A stretch of 64,000 nucleotides of DNA, from the NCBI GenBank assembly GCA_017528205.1, contig JAFXPE010000032.1, forward strand, positions 225,517 to 289,516, in the 5' to 3' direction. Origin of the DNA: Alphaproteobacteria bacterium. GTDB lineage: Bacteria > Pseudomonadota > Alphaproteobacteria > RF32 > CAG-239. The notes below the pieces were generated by a model, which worked only from the letters and a program-made list of their open reading frames with translations, did no database searches and was not told the DNA's origin. Below are positions 8,943 to 18,804 of this stretch, piece by piece (the first letter of the stretch is position 1; every line of letters begins with the position of its first letter). The position numbers and the translations under genes were made by a program.

Positions 8943-9935
8943 ATGAGTCGTATCAATGATGTTTTCTATTCTGATATTTACATCACACCGGATAAATTGG
9001 TGTTTGTGCCGGATCCGCATACCGAAAACGGGTTGATACAGATTAAGCCGGAAGATTTCGATACCTTCTACGATTTGTTGGAACGTTCGTTTACCGGTCG
9101 TTCAAGTTATTCGATTGTTTATGAAGGATATTTTTTCCGTGTTGAGCGCACAATGTCTTTATACGGCGTAATGTTCTGTATGCGTAAAATGCCGAAAAAA
9201 GTTCCGGATTTAACCACCCTTGGTTATCCTCCGGCGTTGATTAAATATCTGTCCACACTCGGCAGTGCTTGCGGACTGATTTTATTGGGCGGTGCCACCG
9301 GTTCCGGTAAAACTACGACCATTTCCAGTCTGTTGCGCGAATATCTGGTGCGCAACGGCGGTTTTGCCTACACCATTGAAGATCCGTTCGAAATGCCTCT
9401 AGACGGTGAATATCAAGCGCTTAACGGCTCAATAGGTATGTGCAAACAAACTCAGCCGCTTAACGATGACTGGGGTGCTGCGTTGCGTTCGGCCTTGCGC
9501 TCGCGTCCGCGCTATATATTTGTGGGCGAAATCAGAACACCGGCTACGGCCAGCGAATGTTTGCGTGCGGCAACTTCCGGACACTTGGTGCTTTCTACCA
9601 TTCACGCTAACAACGTTACCGATGCGCTTGACGCCATTGTTAAGCACGCTTCTGCCGGTGAAATGAGTGAAGAACTGGCATTCGACTTGCTCTCTCGCGG
9701 TATTTTGGGCGTTATTCACCAACAACTTATCGGTACCGGTCAAAAACGTCCGGTGGTGCAATTTTTGTTCGCTAACCCTAACACCACGCAAGGCGACCAA
9801 ATGCGCAACATTGTTAAAACCGGCAAATTAAACTTGGCAACCACCATTGAAATGCAAATGACGCGTATGGCGCAAGGCCGTCCGTTGTTTGACATAAGCG
9901 ATTCATATAATTCGAAATCTTCGATAGTCGGGTAA
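8943..9935 (+). CDS. PilT/PilU-family (DotB-like) hexameric secretion or retraction ATPase
   Basis: Walker A is GGATGSGKTTT. Other matches are YTIEDPFE (PilT ITIEDPIE), ALRSALRSRPRYIFVGEIR (the Asp box region) and ATSGHLVLSTIHAN (the His box). The RBS aaaggagagtaaaATG is strong. Confidence 0.7.
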   Translation: MSRINDVFYSDIYITPDKLVFVPDPHTENGLIQIKPEDFDTFYDLLERSFTGRSSYSIVYEGYFFRVERTMSLYGVMFCMRKMPKKVPDLTTLGYPPALIKYLSTLGSACGLILLGGATGSGKTTTISSLLREYLVRNGGFAYTIEDPFEMPLDGEYQALNGSIGMCKQTQPLNDDWGAALRSALRSRPRYIFVGEIRTPATASECLRAATSGHLVLSTIHANNVTDALDAIVKHASAGEMSEELAFDLLSRGILGVIHQQLIGTGQKRPVVQFLFANPNTTQGDQMRNIVKTGKLNLATTIEMQMTRMAQGRPLFDISDSYNSKSSIVG

Positions 9936-9951
9936 GGAAAATTTACTAAAT

Positions 9952-10500
9952 TTATTGAAAAGTCCAAATCAGCGTGTTGTTTTCAACCGTGCATAATTTG
10001 CGCGTGGTATAACGTTTAATCGGCAACGGATGCGCGTCGTCTCCCCAAGCAAACTCGGAAATGCCGTTTTCGTTGATTAGGGTAATTTTTTGCAAACCGA
10101 GTTGCTGTTTATGGCTGACGGAAAGCTCGCTTAAATTTATGCAGGCCGATTTGTTGAGGTTTTTCAGCACGATATCAAAGCTGTTGTCATTTGGCATAGA
10201 AACATCACCGTTTTCGCCTTGGCCGATTTTCAGATTGTCAGCGTTTTTCAACAATTCTTCGACAATCAGACCGTCATCTTTTGCCGATTCGGTGGAAAGT
10301 TTCCAGTATGCCGGTTTGTCGCGATAATAGCTGCGGATATTTTCTGCGGTTTTGAATATCTGTTTGTGCAAGTCCTGATGCGGATTATGAAACAAAACAT
10401 AACTCAGGGTAATGCCGGCAAACAGCAGGCAAATTGCCAATACCAAGCCGTTGACTCCGCTCATGTGAACTTTTCGCAAATTCAGATATACTTTGTTCAT
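9952..10500 (-). CDS. Pilin-like / pseudopilin-like small protein (candidate type IVb pilus subunit)
   Basis: The start was chosen at MNKVYLNL (ATG 10498-10500), immediately after the GspF stop. It has a hydrophobic N-terminal segment, GVNGLVLAICLLFAGITLSYVLF, and a C-terminal Cys pair (ACINL...CTVEN) like a pilin D-region. No canonical G/FxxxE processing site was seen. Confidence 0.35.
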   Translation of the reverse strand: MNKVYLNLRKVHMSGVNGLVLAICLLFAGITLSYVLFHNPHQDLHKQIFKTAENIRSYYRDKPAYWKLSTESAKDDGLIVEELLKNADNLKIGQGENGDVSMPNDNSFDIVLKNLNKSACINLSELSVSHKQQLGLQKITLINENGISEFAWGDDAHPLPIKRYTTRKLCTVENNTLIWTFQ

Positions 10501-10504
10501 GCCG

Positions 10505-11623
10505 CTATTTACCCATGTTGCTGGTGATTTGGTCTTGCATGTCGAAGGTTCCGAACACGGCCCAAGCAATAATACCGGACACGAACAGCATGGCGATAAT
10601 GTTCATCACTTCGGCCTTTTGTTCAATCAAATAAACGGATTCTTCCAACCACTCGTTGGCCAATTTATCCAAAGCCTCTTCAAAGTTATCCAACTCGGAA
10701 TACACCTTCAAGTCGGCGATGATTTGCTTATCCGGAAATTCCATTCTGGCCTTAGACAATGCCTGACCAAGGTTATCACCGTTTTTAATGTGGAATAAAG
10801 CGCCGTCGATACGCTCACGCAAATAGTTGCTGGCGTCTTTGCGCAAAGAAGTTAAGGCAACGGATACCGGCACACCGCCTTTAACCAAAGCGGAAAGCGC
10901 CAAAAGCCAAGTAATACCCGTAAAAATCTTATACAGCGACCACGGCGGGCAACGGTCAACTTTTACCCGAAGTTTACCGGTCCAAATACCGATGGTAAGA
11001 TAAATGGTTAAGCCGATAACCGGCAAAACTGCAAAGGCAAACGCCCAGTTTACCTGAATCCACGCCGACAAATTAACCAAGGAACGCGCCGTTCCCGTCC
11101 ACACGGTGTTAGGTGCGGCACTCAGCATTGGCGGCACCATGTAAACACCGATGGCGTACAAAATCAAAACCGCCATCATCATCAAGAATGACGGGTAGGC
11201 AATAGCGCTGACAATCGGTCTAATCATTCGTTGGGAGCCTTCGGCCACTTTAATAAGGTTTAATAATGCACTCTCCAAGTCGGAAACATCGCCCACGGAA
11301 AGCATCAAGCGCTCACGGTCCGGAGCCCAGCCTTTTAAGGCATCGGAAAACGGATGACCTTCTTGCAACGAGCGTCCCCACGAGCTGACGGCAATTGCCA
11401 TCGGTTCGTTCGGGTGTGCACCTTCTTCCGAAATACCGCCGTAAATCATATCCAGAGAATTCATCAAAGAAAAGCGGTTGCGCAACAAGGCCGCCAATTT
11501 ACGATATATTTTTAAGCGCCCTTTATTTGATAAATTGCACATAAATTTTGCATACATGAGCAACCATTTGTTGGTTGTTCCCATTGCGCGGTTAAAGGCA
11601 CTTTTCCTCTTAATCTCTGGCAT
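10505..11623 (-). CDS. GspF/PilC-family inner-membrane platform protein (R64 PilR-like)
   Basis: Length is 372 aa with three hydrophobic segments. It has the GspF-type cytoplasmic domains (…LDMIYGGISEEGAHPNEP…LSVGDVSDLESALLNL…). Confidence 0.75.
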   Translation of the reverse strand: MPEIKRKSAFNRAMGTTNKWLLMYAKFMCNLSNKGRLKIYRKLAALLRNRFSLMNSLDMIYGGISEEGAHPNEPMAIAVSSWGRSLQEGHPFSDALKGWAPDRERLMLSVGDVSDLESALLNLIKVAEGSQRMIRPIVSAIAYPSFLMMMAVLILYAIGVYMVPPMLSAAPNTVWTGTARSLVNLSAWIQVNWAFAFAVLPVIGLTIYLTIGIWTGKLRVKVDRCPPWSLYKIFTGITWLLALSALVKGGVPVSVALTSLRKDASNYLRERIDGALFHIKNGDNLGQALSKARMEFPDKQIIADLKVYSELDNFEEALDKLANEWLEESVYLIEQKAEVMNIIAMLFVSGIIAWAVFGTFDMQDQITSNMGK

Positions 11624-11636
11624 TTTTTATCCACTC

Positions 11637-13346
11637 CTAATAAATCGGGCGTTGATCCAGCAATCCGCACCAACGTTCAACTTCGTCCAAGTCAATATAT
11701 CCTTTAAGCATACGCTCAATTGCCGCTTCACGCAACGGCCGTCCGTTTAATTCACTTACCCAGTAGTCAATTGCTTCTTTGGTTTCGCCTTTAATCAGCA
11801 ATTGCAAGAAATGGGCATCAGGCAAAATAATTTCCGGCACGGACATACGTCCGACCACACCCTTGTTGCCGCAGAATTTGCAGCCCGGACCTCTGACATA
11901 AGTATTTTCAATACCGTAATCTCCCAAAGCCGTTTCCAAACGCTTGAAAGACGGATCGGAAATACGCTCTTTTACGGAAAGCCGGCAATACGGACAAATT
12001 TTTCTAAACAAACGTTGCGAAATAAGTCCTTTCATAATTTCCGGATCTTCCAACATATAAGATTGTACGCCCATATCGCGCAAACGCGTAATAATGGCCG
12101 GCGCGGAGTTGGCGTGCAATGTTGACCACACACTGTGGCCGGACAAGGCGCCACGGAACACCAAGTTGGCCGCCGAAAGTGTACGAATTTCACCGACCAT
12201 AATCACGTCCGGGTCGGAACGCAAGGCGGCAGACAAGGCTTTGTTGAATGCTTCATCTTTTTCTTCTTCGGTGCTGGCATTGGTAACCGGCATTTGCCGT
12301 GCACCCGGAATCGGATACTCTGGCGGGTCTTCCACGGTAATTACGTTAATTTCGTTATTATGTTCTTGCAACAGCTTAATCATGTTGCGTTGCAGGGTTG
12401 TTGACTTACCGGAACCCGTCGGACCGGCAATAATTTTCAAACCCGTGGCGCTGGCGCGTAAACGATAGAACAAATCAATTTCTCTGTCGCCCAACCCCAA
12501 AGAACGCAAATCACTTTCGCCGTTCGGGTTATCATCGGCGTAAAGCAAACGCATAACCAAATATTGCGAACCGAAAGCTACCGGATTGAATTGCAAACGA
12601 ATAGCCAAAACGTTGTGCGGAAGTCGCAACTTTCCGTTTGTACCGCGCAATGGGGTGGAACCCAGCTTTTGCGCGCCCTGAAACTCGTTTTGCGCGTAGT
12701 TGGCATCAGAAATATCTGCCGAAGCAAACGCCGCACGAACAAAGGCTTCGCCCCATTCTTGCGAATACTCCAATTCGCGCTCCATCATACCGGCGCGGCG
12801 AAAATATACCACGGAAGAATTGCCCACAATAACGTGAATATCGGAAACCTTACTCATTGCTGCACGACTTATCACGCTTAAAAAGTCGATTTGCATTTGA
12901 TAATCGGTGGTTTCTTCCGCCGAAATATTGATTTGACCGGTACCGCGTTCGGCAAAAGCGTAAATGGCCGACAATTCCGCGGTTGAAATATAGCGCGGCT
13001 CCGCTATTAAGACTTTGCGCCGCTTCATGGTGGCGGCAAAGTTCAGCACCTTACCGTCAAAACGGTGCGTTTCATCTACCAAATATGTGCCGTCGGAGAA
13101 CAGGGCAAGCATACGCCGTGTTTCGTTATCAACGGCAATTTCGCCGTCCTCCAAGGTCAGCAAATGGTTATCATGTGCAAAAAGTTGTTCGAAAAGATTT
13201 CCGCTTTTTTTATCGGAACCCTGATCGGAAGATGTATCTATGTCTGAGGTCTTGTTTTCGGTGGTCGTAACAGCAGTAGACTTATCGGCCTCGGTTGCGG
13301 CCGATAAGTTCTCTGCATCGGTTTCTTTCTTTTTGCTCTCAAACAT
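11637..13346 (-). CDS. GspE/PilB-family type II/IV pilus assembly ATPase (R64 PilQ-like)
   Basis: Walker A is GPTGSGKSTT, the Asp box is VEDPPEY, the His box is ALSGHSVWSTLHAN, and the tetracysteine motif is CPYC...CKFC. It has an acidic N-terminal extension. Confidence 0.85.
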   Translation of the reverse strand: MFESKKKETDAENLSAATEADKSTAVTTTENKTSDIDTSSDQGSDKKSGNLFEQLFAHDNHLLTLEDGEIAVDNETRRMLALFSDGTYLVDETHRFDGKVLNFAATMKRRKVLIAEPRYISTAELSAIYAFAERGTGQINISAEETTDYQMQIDFLSVISRAAMSKVSDIHVIVGNSSVVYFRRAGMMERELEYSQEWGEAFVRAAFASADISDANYAQNEFQGAQKLGSTPLRGTNGKLRLPHNVLAIRLQFNPVAFGSQYLVMRLLYADDNPNGESDLRSLGLGDREIDLFYRLRASATGLKIIAGPTGSGKSTTLQRNMIKLLQEHNNEINVITVEDPPEYPIPGARQMPVTNASTEEEKDEAFNKALSAALRSDPDVIMVGEIRTLSAANLVFRGALSGHSVWSTLHANSAPAIITRLRDMGVQSYMLEDPEIMKGLISQRLFRKICPYCRLSVKERISDPSFKRLETALGDYGIENTYVRGPGCKFCGNKGVVGRMSVPEIILPDAHFLQLLIKGETKEAIDYWVSELNGRPLREAAIERMLKGYIDLDEVERWCGLLDQRPIY

Positions 13347-13356
13347 ATTCTGATTT

Positions 13357-15159
13357 TTACCTCACGAACATCCCCTTACCGAAACTCGGCAAGCTGTAAG
13401 AATCTTCACTGCTTGAACCGCTCTTCTTTGATGAAGAAGACTTATTCTTGCTCGAAGACGACTTAACAGAAGAACTGCTCTTGGTAGAGCGAGCGGCCTT
13501 GGTCGGGCTCTTGCTCTTTGAAGCTCTTGACTTTTTGCCGGTTTCGCTCAGCTTTTCCTGCGCCTTCTTTGAATTGTCGTCGGCCTTCGGGGATACACTT
13601 TCATCATCATCGTCATCGCCTTCCATATCTATTTTGGACATGCCGTGAGAGTCTTCAGGCTCGAAGTCCATCGTAATACTTCCCGGGTACAGGTAGCTGC
13701 GGTCGCCGTCCGGAGATTCAAAGATAACGTATTTTTCGGTGATTGAAGTTACAACCGAACCGTCTTTCATTACGGTACCCTTGCGAACGATAAATTCCTT
13801 AACCTGATCACCGCTTGTATTTTGCAAGTCAACCAGTTTGGCAACCAACTCACTGTCATTACCGATAATTTCTTCAATGGCGTAGAATTTGGTAATATCC
13901 TTGTCTTCTTTAACCGGAACTTCATCAAAATTAAAGTCATCATAATTGACTTCTTCGGTAACGTCTTTAACCACAGTACCCTTAAACGGATTAGCGGCAG
14001 CCTCTTGCAATTGCTTTTGCAAATCTCTGATTTTGATGTTGCTTTCACGCAATTCAACACGCAAGTTTTTAATTGAGGTCTTAAGGTTATCGATTTTGCT
14101 GTTAAGCTTTGATACAACCTCAATATGCTTGTCGGCGGCGGCCTGAGCCTGCTCATGAACCTTCAAAATATCGGCACCGAGCGTTTCCATTTTAACCTTA
14201 AAGGTTTCAATCAACTCAACGCGCTCGTCTTCAAGCTCGTGAATCCGATTTTGCAACTTGGCATTTTTCTCCACCCATTGCTGATTCATTATGAGCATTT
14301 CGTTCATATAATCGTTTATAACTTTGGCCTGTCTTAATTTTTCGAGCTCGATTTCTTTTTCTTTTAATTTTCTCTCTTCTTCCAAAATTTTGGCCTGACG
14401 AGCAATTTCTTCTTCTTGAATTTTGGCTTCCAAAGCTCTCTTGCGCTCGGCTTCTTCTTCAAGCATCTTGGTGCGCATTTGGCGCAAAGTAATAACCTGA
14501 TTCTTTAATTCCTCACGCTTTAATTCCAAACGCAGCAAAGTGGTTTGCTTTTCAATGCGGGACATTTGGTTGAACAAATTGTTGTCAACCTTTGAAAGAA
14601 TGGCATTACCGAAACTCTCCAACGGAGATTTAGGAGCTTCCGCGGCCGGAATTTCCGAACCGTCTTCGCCCACGGTCAAATCGTTAAAGTCTTCGGCAAT
14701 CGGAGAATCTTCGGCAAACGGATCGCTGTTATCAATAGGCAATTCGTCGTCCACTTGCAACGGATCGGCGTCTAAAAGCGGATTGGTCGCCGAAGGATCA
14801 CCTTCGGCTTGCAAGTCGGCACCTTCCTCATTTGGCAACGGATTTTCGATATCCAAGTCCTTGAGTTCGTCTTCCACCTGCTTAATTTCCGAATTCAATT
14901 TGGCAATATCGGCCAAAGCCGCGGCTTCTTGTTCCGAAGCGTTTTGCAAAGCTTTGTTTGCGTCTTCGGCAGCATTTTCGACAGCCTGCGGAGCCTCAAC
15001 CGAGTCGACAACATTTTCAACGGCGGACGGCGGAGTTGAATTTTCTGCGTTTGCGGCAACATTATCGTCTGCTGCAAAGCACGCACTGTTTACGGCCAAC
15101 GCAAATGCAAAAGTCAATGCAATTACGGCCACAGTCTTATTTTTCAAATTACAATTCAT
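13357..15159 (-). CDS. Secreted coiled-coil protein with an extremely Ser/Lys-rich C-terminal tail; pilus-cluster component of unknown role
   Basis: The start was chosen at MNCNLKNKTVAVIALTFAFALAVNSACFA (RBS gaaggag 7 nt upstream). The protein has an acidic Pro/Asp region, long heptad-like E/K/L stretches, and a tail ...SKSKSPTKAARSTKSSSSVKSSSSKNKSSSSKKSGSSS. Confidence 0.4.
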   Translation of the reverse strand: MNCNLKNKTVAVIALTFAFALAVNSACFAADDNVAANAENSTPPSAVENVVDSVEAPQAVENAAEDANKALQNASEQEAAALADIAKLNSEIKQVEDELKDLDIENPLPNEEGADLQAEGDPSATNPLLDADPLQVDDELPIDNSDPFAEDSPIAEDFNDLTVGEDGSEIPAAEAPKSPLESFGNAILSKVDNNLFNQMSRIEKQTTLLRLELKREELKNQVITLRQMRTKMLEEEAERKRALEAKIQEEEIARQAKILEEERKLKEKEIELEKLRQAKVINDYMNEMLIMNQQWVEKNAKLQNRIHELEDERVELIETFKVKMETLGADILKVHEQAQAAADKHIEVVSKLNSKIDNLKTSIKNLRVELRESNIKIRDLQKQLQEAAANPFKGTVVKDVTEEVNYDDFNFDEVPVKEDKDITKFYAIEEIIGNDSELVAKLVDLQNTSGDQVKEFIVRKGTVMKDGSVVTSITEKYVIFESPDGDRSYLYPGSITMDFEPEDSHGMSKIDMEGDDDDDESVSPKADDNSKKAQEKLSETGKKSRASKSKSPTKAARSTKSSSSVKSSSSKNKSSSSKKSGSSSEDSYSLPSFGKGMFVR

Positions 15160-16393
15160 AAATTTCTCCTTCGTATGTCCATGTTGCGTTGTTAACATCA
15201 TATGTTATATTTGTAATCTTTAAACCTGAAAATTTCATTAACAAGTCTATCCAAATAAACGGATCGTTGTTTGAGGTAATGTTGAACCCCATCAGTTTAT
15301 ATTGCGTACCGCGCGGCGATACCCAAGTCTTCGGGTTGAAAGATATGTTGATATCCAAGGCCTGATTAATATCGTTCAAGGTATCGATTAAATCATCTTC
15401 TTCGTATTCCGGCGGAGAGTTAAGGGTTTTGGCCTTTTCAACCGGAACGGTTACCATCACCGTGTTACCGTCACGGCTCAAAACGCGAGATGTAAATTGC
15501 ACGCCGGAAACGTCCAAAGCCTGTTCAATCCAGGTTAAACGTCCCAAATCGCGCTTCCACGAAGTAACCAAACCCGAATCCGGAGTGCAGGTAACGCCTT
15601 CCAAACTCCAGCCCGGAGTAACCACTTCAACCACCTTTTGTACGGCCGTGTAGCAATTGCGCATTACATCAACCGGATTTGGTAGCTCTTCCCAAGGTTT
15701 AGGCTCAGGCGGCAATTCTTCCTGTTCCACCTGTTCCACCGGCGCAATAATCGGAGTTTCCGGTGCCGAGAAGAACAAATCTTTCAAAGTGGAATAAGCA
15801 AACCACAAAATAATGGCAAAGCAGGCAACGATTACCGCCAACATAATGGTATCGTTGCTGCCGTTAATCTTATCAAGTCTGACCTGCAGACCTCTTTTTA
15901 ACAAAGCGTCGAGTTCGGAATGTTTGGTATCTTCGATTGCCCATTCTTCCGGTGCAAAAATTGCATCCCAATCCGGCACCGCCAACATGGAAATAAATTG
16001 GTTTTTGGCGTCGCGCTCGTTGATGAACAGGGTATCACCGTCAGAAAGAATAACGTCGTTTCTGTAACAGATGTACCACCAACCGGTATCTACCTTGAAA
16101 ACGCCCAAGAAAGACGTAACATTGCCCAATCCGGAAATTAAGGCAACTGCGGCCGAAGGCAATCCTTTGGTAAAGCCTTGCGAAGATGCGGCCAAACCGA
16201 ACTGCGGTGACTTACCCTTACGGACAACGTATAAATCCGCGCCCTCTAAGATGTTTTCTGCCGCTTCTTTGACTTCCGGTAAAGGCTTGTCTTCATTTAA
16301 CAGCGGCTGCCAAAATAAACTGGCCGCATACGTCGTGTCGCCTTCTTTGAAGGTCGATTTCCAAGCCTTTTCTTCAGTTTGTGTATCGTCCAC
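15149..16393 (-). CDS. Bitopic pilus-assembly protein (cytoplasmic domain, one TM, periplasmic domain; GspL/BfpC/R64 PilO-like architecture)
   Basis: About 190 aa of soluble N-terminus are followed by a single TM (IMLAVIVACFAIILWFAYSTL) and about 200 aa of periplasmic sequence. It lies between the secretin and the ATPase, as in type IVb pilus operons. Confidence 0.35.
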   Translation of the reverse strand: MDDTQTEEKAWKSTFKEGDTTYAASLFWQPLLNEDKPLPEVKEAAENILEGADLYVVRKGKSPQFGLAASSQGFTKGLPSAAVALISGLGNVTSFLGVFKVDTGWWYICYRNDVILSDGDTLFINERDAKNQFISMLAVPDWDAIFAPEEWAIEDTKHSELDALLKRGLQVRLDKINGSNDTIMLAVIVACFAIILWFAYSTLKDLFFSAPETPIIAPVEQVEQEELPPEPKPWEELPNPVDVMRNCYTAVQKVVEVVTPGWSLEGVTCTPDSGLVTSWKRDLGRLTWIEQALDVSGVQFTSRVLSRDGNTVMVTVPVEKAKTLNSPPEYEEDDLIDTLNDINQALDINISFNPKTWVSPRGTQYKLMGFNITSNNDPFIWIDLLMKFSGLKITNITYDVNNATWTYEGEIYEL

Positions 16394-16425
16394 GAGCGTT
16401 CTCCTTTGTCAAAATCTTATTTAAA

Positions 16426-18075
16426 TCAGTCTCTCATTCTGGATTCCGGTGATAACGGGGATTCCATAACCACTGGAGTTAACATAATGATTAAGAGATC
16501 TCTTTTTCTGCTGGCCGATTGTGAGCCGCCCGGGAACATGTTGTCCGGAGAGCCGACACCGGATTTTGAGATTTGATCTTCGGCTCTTTCAAATCCGGCA
16601 AGTACCAACGTTTCACCCGATTTCATCGCCACTTCCTGTGTAAATCCGCGGGTGTCTACGATAGGTTGCTGTACTTTTGCATTTCCGACGGCATACTCAT
16701 TCAAGTCTAACAATTCGGCCAAAGTCAGGTTAAAGAAGACCATCAAACGACCGTGAGCCAAAATTCTCGGCAATACACTCATCATAACACCGGTTGAGAA
16801 AGTACCCGGATCGATTTCGGCTTCGGAGGTGCTGCTTCCCTCGGAAGTAGACTCTATGGATACCTTTTTAACGTAAGAGTGTAATGTTGTGGCTTGAATC
16901 GGTGCCGGTTTATTGTTCATGGTTATAACCGTGCCGGTCGTGACCACATGGGTTTCACCGCTGCTTGACAAGGCGTCAAGTGTTGCGCTGATATCAAAGT
17001 TGCCGCTGACAAGGCCCATACCAAATCGGCTGTAAGTCGGATCTTTAACGACATCAGGACCGTCCATTCCGATATTTCTGTAGCCTTTTAAGCCGGCCTC
17101 ACCTTTTTTGAAGGCAGCTGCCAAATCAAACTTGAAGTTATCGCTGTCATCCATAGAAACTCTCATAATCTTTACGTTGATGGCAATTTGTCGCGCCAAA
17201 CGGTCGTTTTGCTCATTAATATACTTCGAAACTTGGCGAATTTCCGTCGGAGTTGCCGTAACGGTAATGGTGCCGGAACTCTTGTTCAGAGATACGCCGT
17301 CCGAGTTGCTGACCATTTTTTGAACAGTTTCGCCTATTTCTGTCCACAAGTCGATGCTTTCCAAGTTATTTTCCATGGTGAGCTCGCTACTACTGTCGGA
17401 GCTACTGCCGGAATCACTTTCACCGCTTGAAGATGCGTTTGCCGACAAAGATAAGTTCATCGACGGAGTAGTCGGCAATGCGTGCAAAACAAAAGTTTTG
17501 GTAATATACTTATAGAAGTAAACTTCATTCTTTTCATATTTCCACCAAATGCCAAAGCGATTGGCAACTTCGTCCAACAAGCCGCTGAGCGGACCTTTGT
17601 AGTTAACTACCATTTTTTCGCTGGTGGTCCACAAGCTACCGAAATCGGAAATTTTCGGCGCATTGTCGTCAGCGTCTTCATATACTTTCAATCGGCTTTC
17701 ATTTTCCCCTTCTCCTGTAAACTCCGGAGCATAACGCACGGCAATGGAGGTTATTTTGCTCAGCATGGTACCGATTTCAAACAACGTAATCGGTCGGTTG
17801 CTAACCAAGGTAACGCCGTCTTTGGCTTCCAAATACGCCGGAATCGGCTGACCTTCAAATTCCACGGTGGAAGTATCGCCGAGCCAAATATCGTCTTTAA
17901 CCCGAACCACATCATCCGGAACCGGTTCGTTAGGTACGGTTGCTTGTTGTTTAATATCAAGCACATCTTTGGTGCGTTGCGCCATCTCGGCTTCCATATC
18001 CGGTGCTATAGAACAGGCAACGGTTACGCCGACAGCGCCGAGAATTATAAGTTTCAACAAATTAATCATACGCAT
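16426..18075 (-). CDS. Secretin (outer-membrane channel), probably a lipoprotein as in R64 PilN / BfpB / TcpC
   Basis: The N-terminus is MRMINLLKLIILGAVGVTVAC (a lipobox-like VTVAC). The C-terminal secretin domain ends ...GETLVLAGFERAEDQISKSGVGSPDNMFPGG...RKRDLLIIMLTPVV. Confidence 0.7.
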   Translation of the reverse strand: MRMINLLKLIILGAVGVTVACSIAPDMEAEMAQRTKDVLDIKQQATVPNEPVPDDVVRVKDDIWLGDTSTVEFEGQPIPAYLEAKDGVTLVSNRPITLFEIGTMLSKITSIAVRYAPEFTGEGENESRLKVYEDADDNAPKISDFGSLWTTSEKMVVNYKGPLSGLLDEVANRFGIWWKYEKNEVYFYKYITKTFVLHALPTTPSMNLSLSANASSSGESDSGSSSDSSSELTMENNLESIDLWTEIGETVQKMVSNSDGVSLNKSSGTITVTATPTEIRQVSKYINEQNDRLARQIAINVKIMRVSMDDSDNFKFDLAAAFKKGEAGLKGYRNIGMDGPDVVKDPTYSRFGMGLVSGNFDISATLDALSSSGETHVVTTGTVITMNNKPAPIQATTLHSYVKKVSIESTSEGSSTSEAEIDPGTFSTGVMMSVLPRILAHGRLMVFFNLTLAELLDLNEYAVGNAKVQQPIVDTRGFTQEVAMKSGETLVLAGFERAEDQISKSGVGSPDNMFPGGSQSASRKRDLLIIMLTPVVMESPLSPESRMRD

Positions 18076-18763
18076 TTTCGTCCTCCAATGTTTCAATTAC
18101 CAAAACGCGGTTACCTTTATAAAAAGTTGCTACCGGAGCCGGTTTGGCGCGAGCAAAAGCTCTGACCAGTGCAGAAGCCACATCGGCAAAACTGCCGCGG
18201 AACATAGCACCGGCATTCAAAGTGTAGTTACGGTTGGTTTTCCAAATCAACCGCCATCCGGCTTCTTCACTCCACAAGTTGAGCAAGTCACGCAAGCTTT
18301 GGCCTTCTTCCGCCAACCAATCGCCGTTCGGATCATCTCCGGCCATATCTTGCGGATTGGCTTCCGGACCGCTGGCAAACGGAGCCACGTTGCCGACATT
18401 GATTTCCTGTTCGACAACTTCATCGTTGATATCCGGAATAACCACAGCGGAAATATTGTTTCCGGCACCTGCCTGTGTTACACGATGATCACGCGGCGTG
18501 CGTTCTCCGTATGCACGGAAGTCCGCGGCGTTTCGCGTGTAATTTACCGGACCGTTGGGATCGGTGCACTCGCTGTAACCGTCGGCATTTTCAACACAAA
18601 CAGCGTTATATTCCTGATTGCTGGTACAAATTCCGTCGGCGCAAACTTCGCCACCGTAGTAGTCTCTGGAGACATAACATCCGGTTGTACCCAAAACGCA
18701 GCATAACAAGCCGGTAAGCATCAATCTGTTTGTCATTATATTTCTTTCTCTATATTGTTTCAT
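18062..18763 (-). CDS. Lipoprotein of the pilus cluster (PilL/PilM/TcpQ-like position)
   Basis: The signal and lipobox read LMLTGLLCCVLGTTGC. An RBS aggaa lies 7 nt upstream. It sits immediately upstream of the secretin. Confidence 0.4.
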   Translation of the reverse strand: MKQYRERNIMTNRLMLTGLLCCVLGTTGCYVSRDYYGGEVCADGICTSNQEYNAVCVENADGYSECTDPNGPVNYTRNAADFRAYGERTPRDHRVTQAGAGNNISAVVIPDINDEVVEQEINVGNVAPFASGPEANPQDMAGDDPNGDWLAEEGQSLRDLLNLWSEEAGWRLIWKTNRNYTLNAGAMFRGSFADVASALVRAFARAKPAPVATFYKGNRVLVIETLEDENAYD

Positions 18764-18804
18764 CGTATTTTCCTATAACACAGGTTAAAACTGAAATCAT
18801 ATCA

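Noticed and set aside
8943-9935. Interpreting the system as a Dot/Icm (type IVB) secretion system because of the DotB/PilT-like ATPase
   Set aside because: The secretion locus contains clear VirB2, VirB3, VirB4, VirB8, VirB9, VirB10 C-domain and VirB11 homologues in VirB order, so it is type IVA-like. The PilT-like ATPase more plausibly serves the adjacent type IVb pilus.
14540-18706. Long plus-strand ORFs (14540..15223, 17482..18165, 17867..18706) inside the minus-strand pilus genes
   Set aside because: They lie entirely within better-supported minus-strand genes. They have low-complexity Ser/Ala-rich translations and no RBS.
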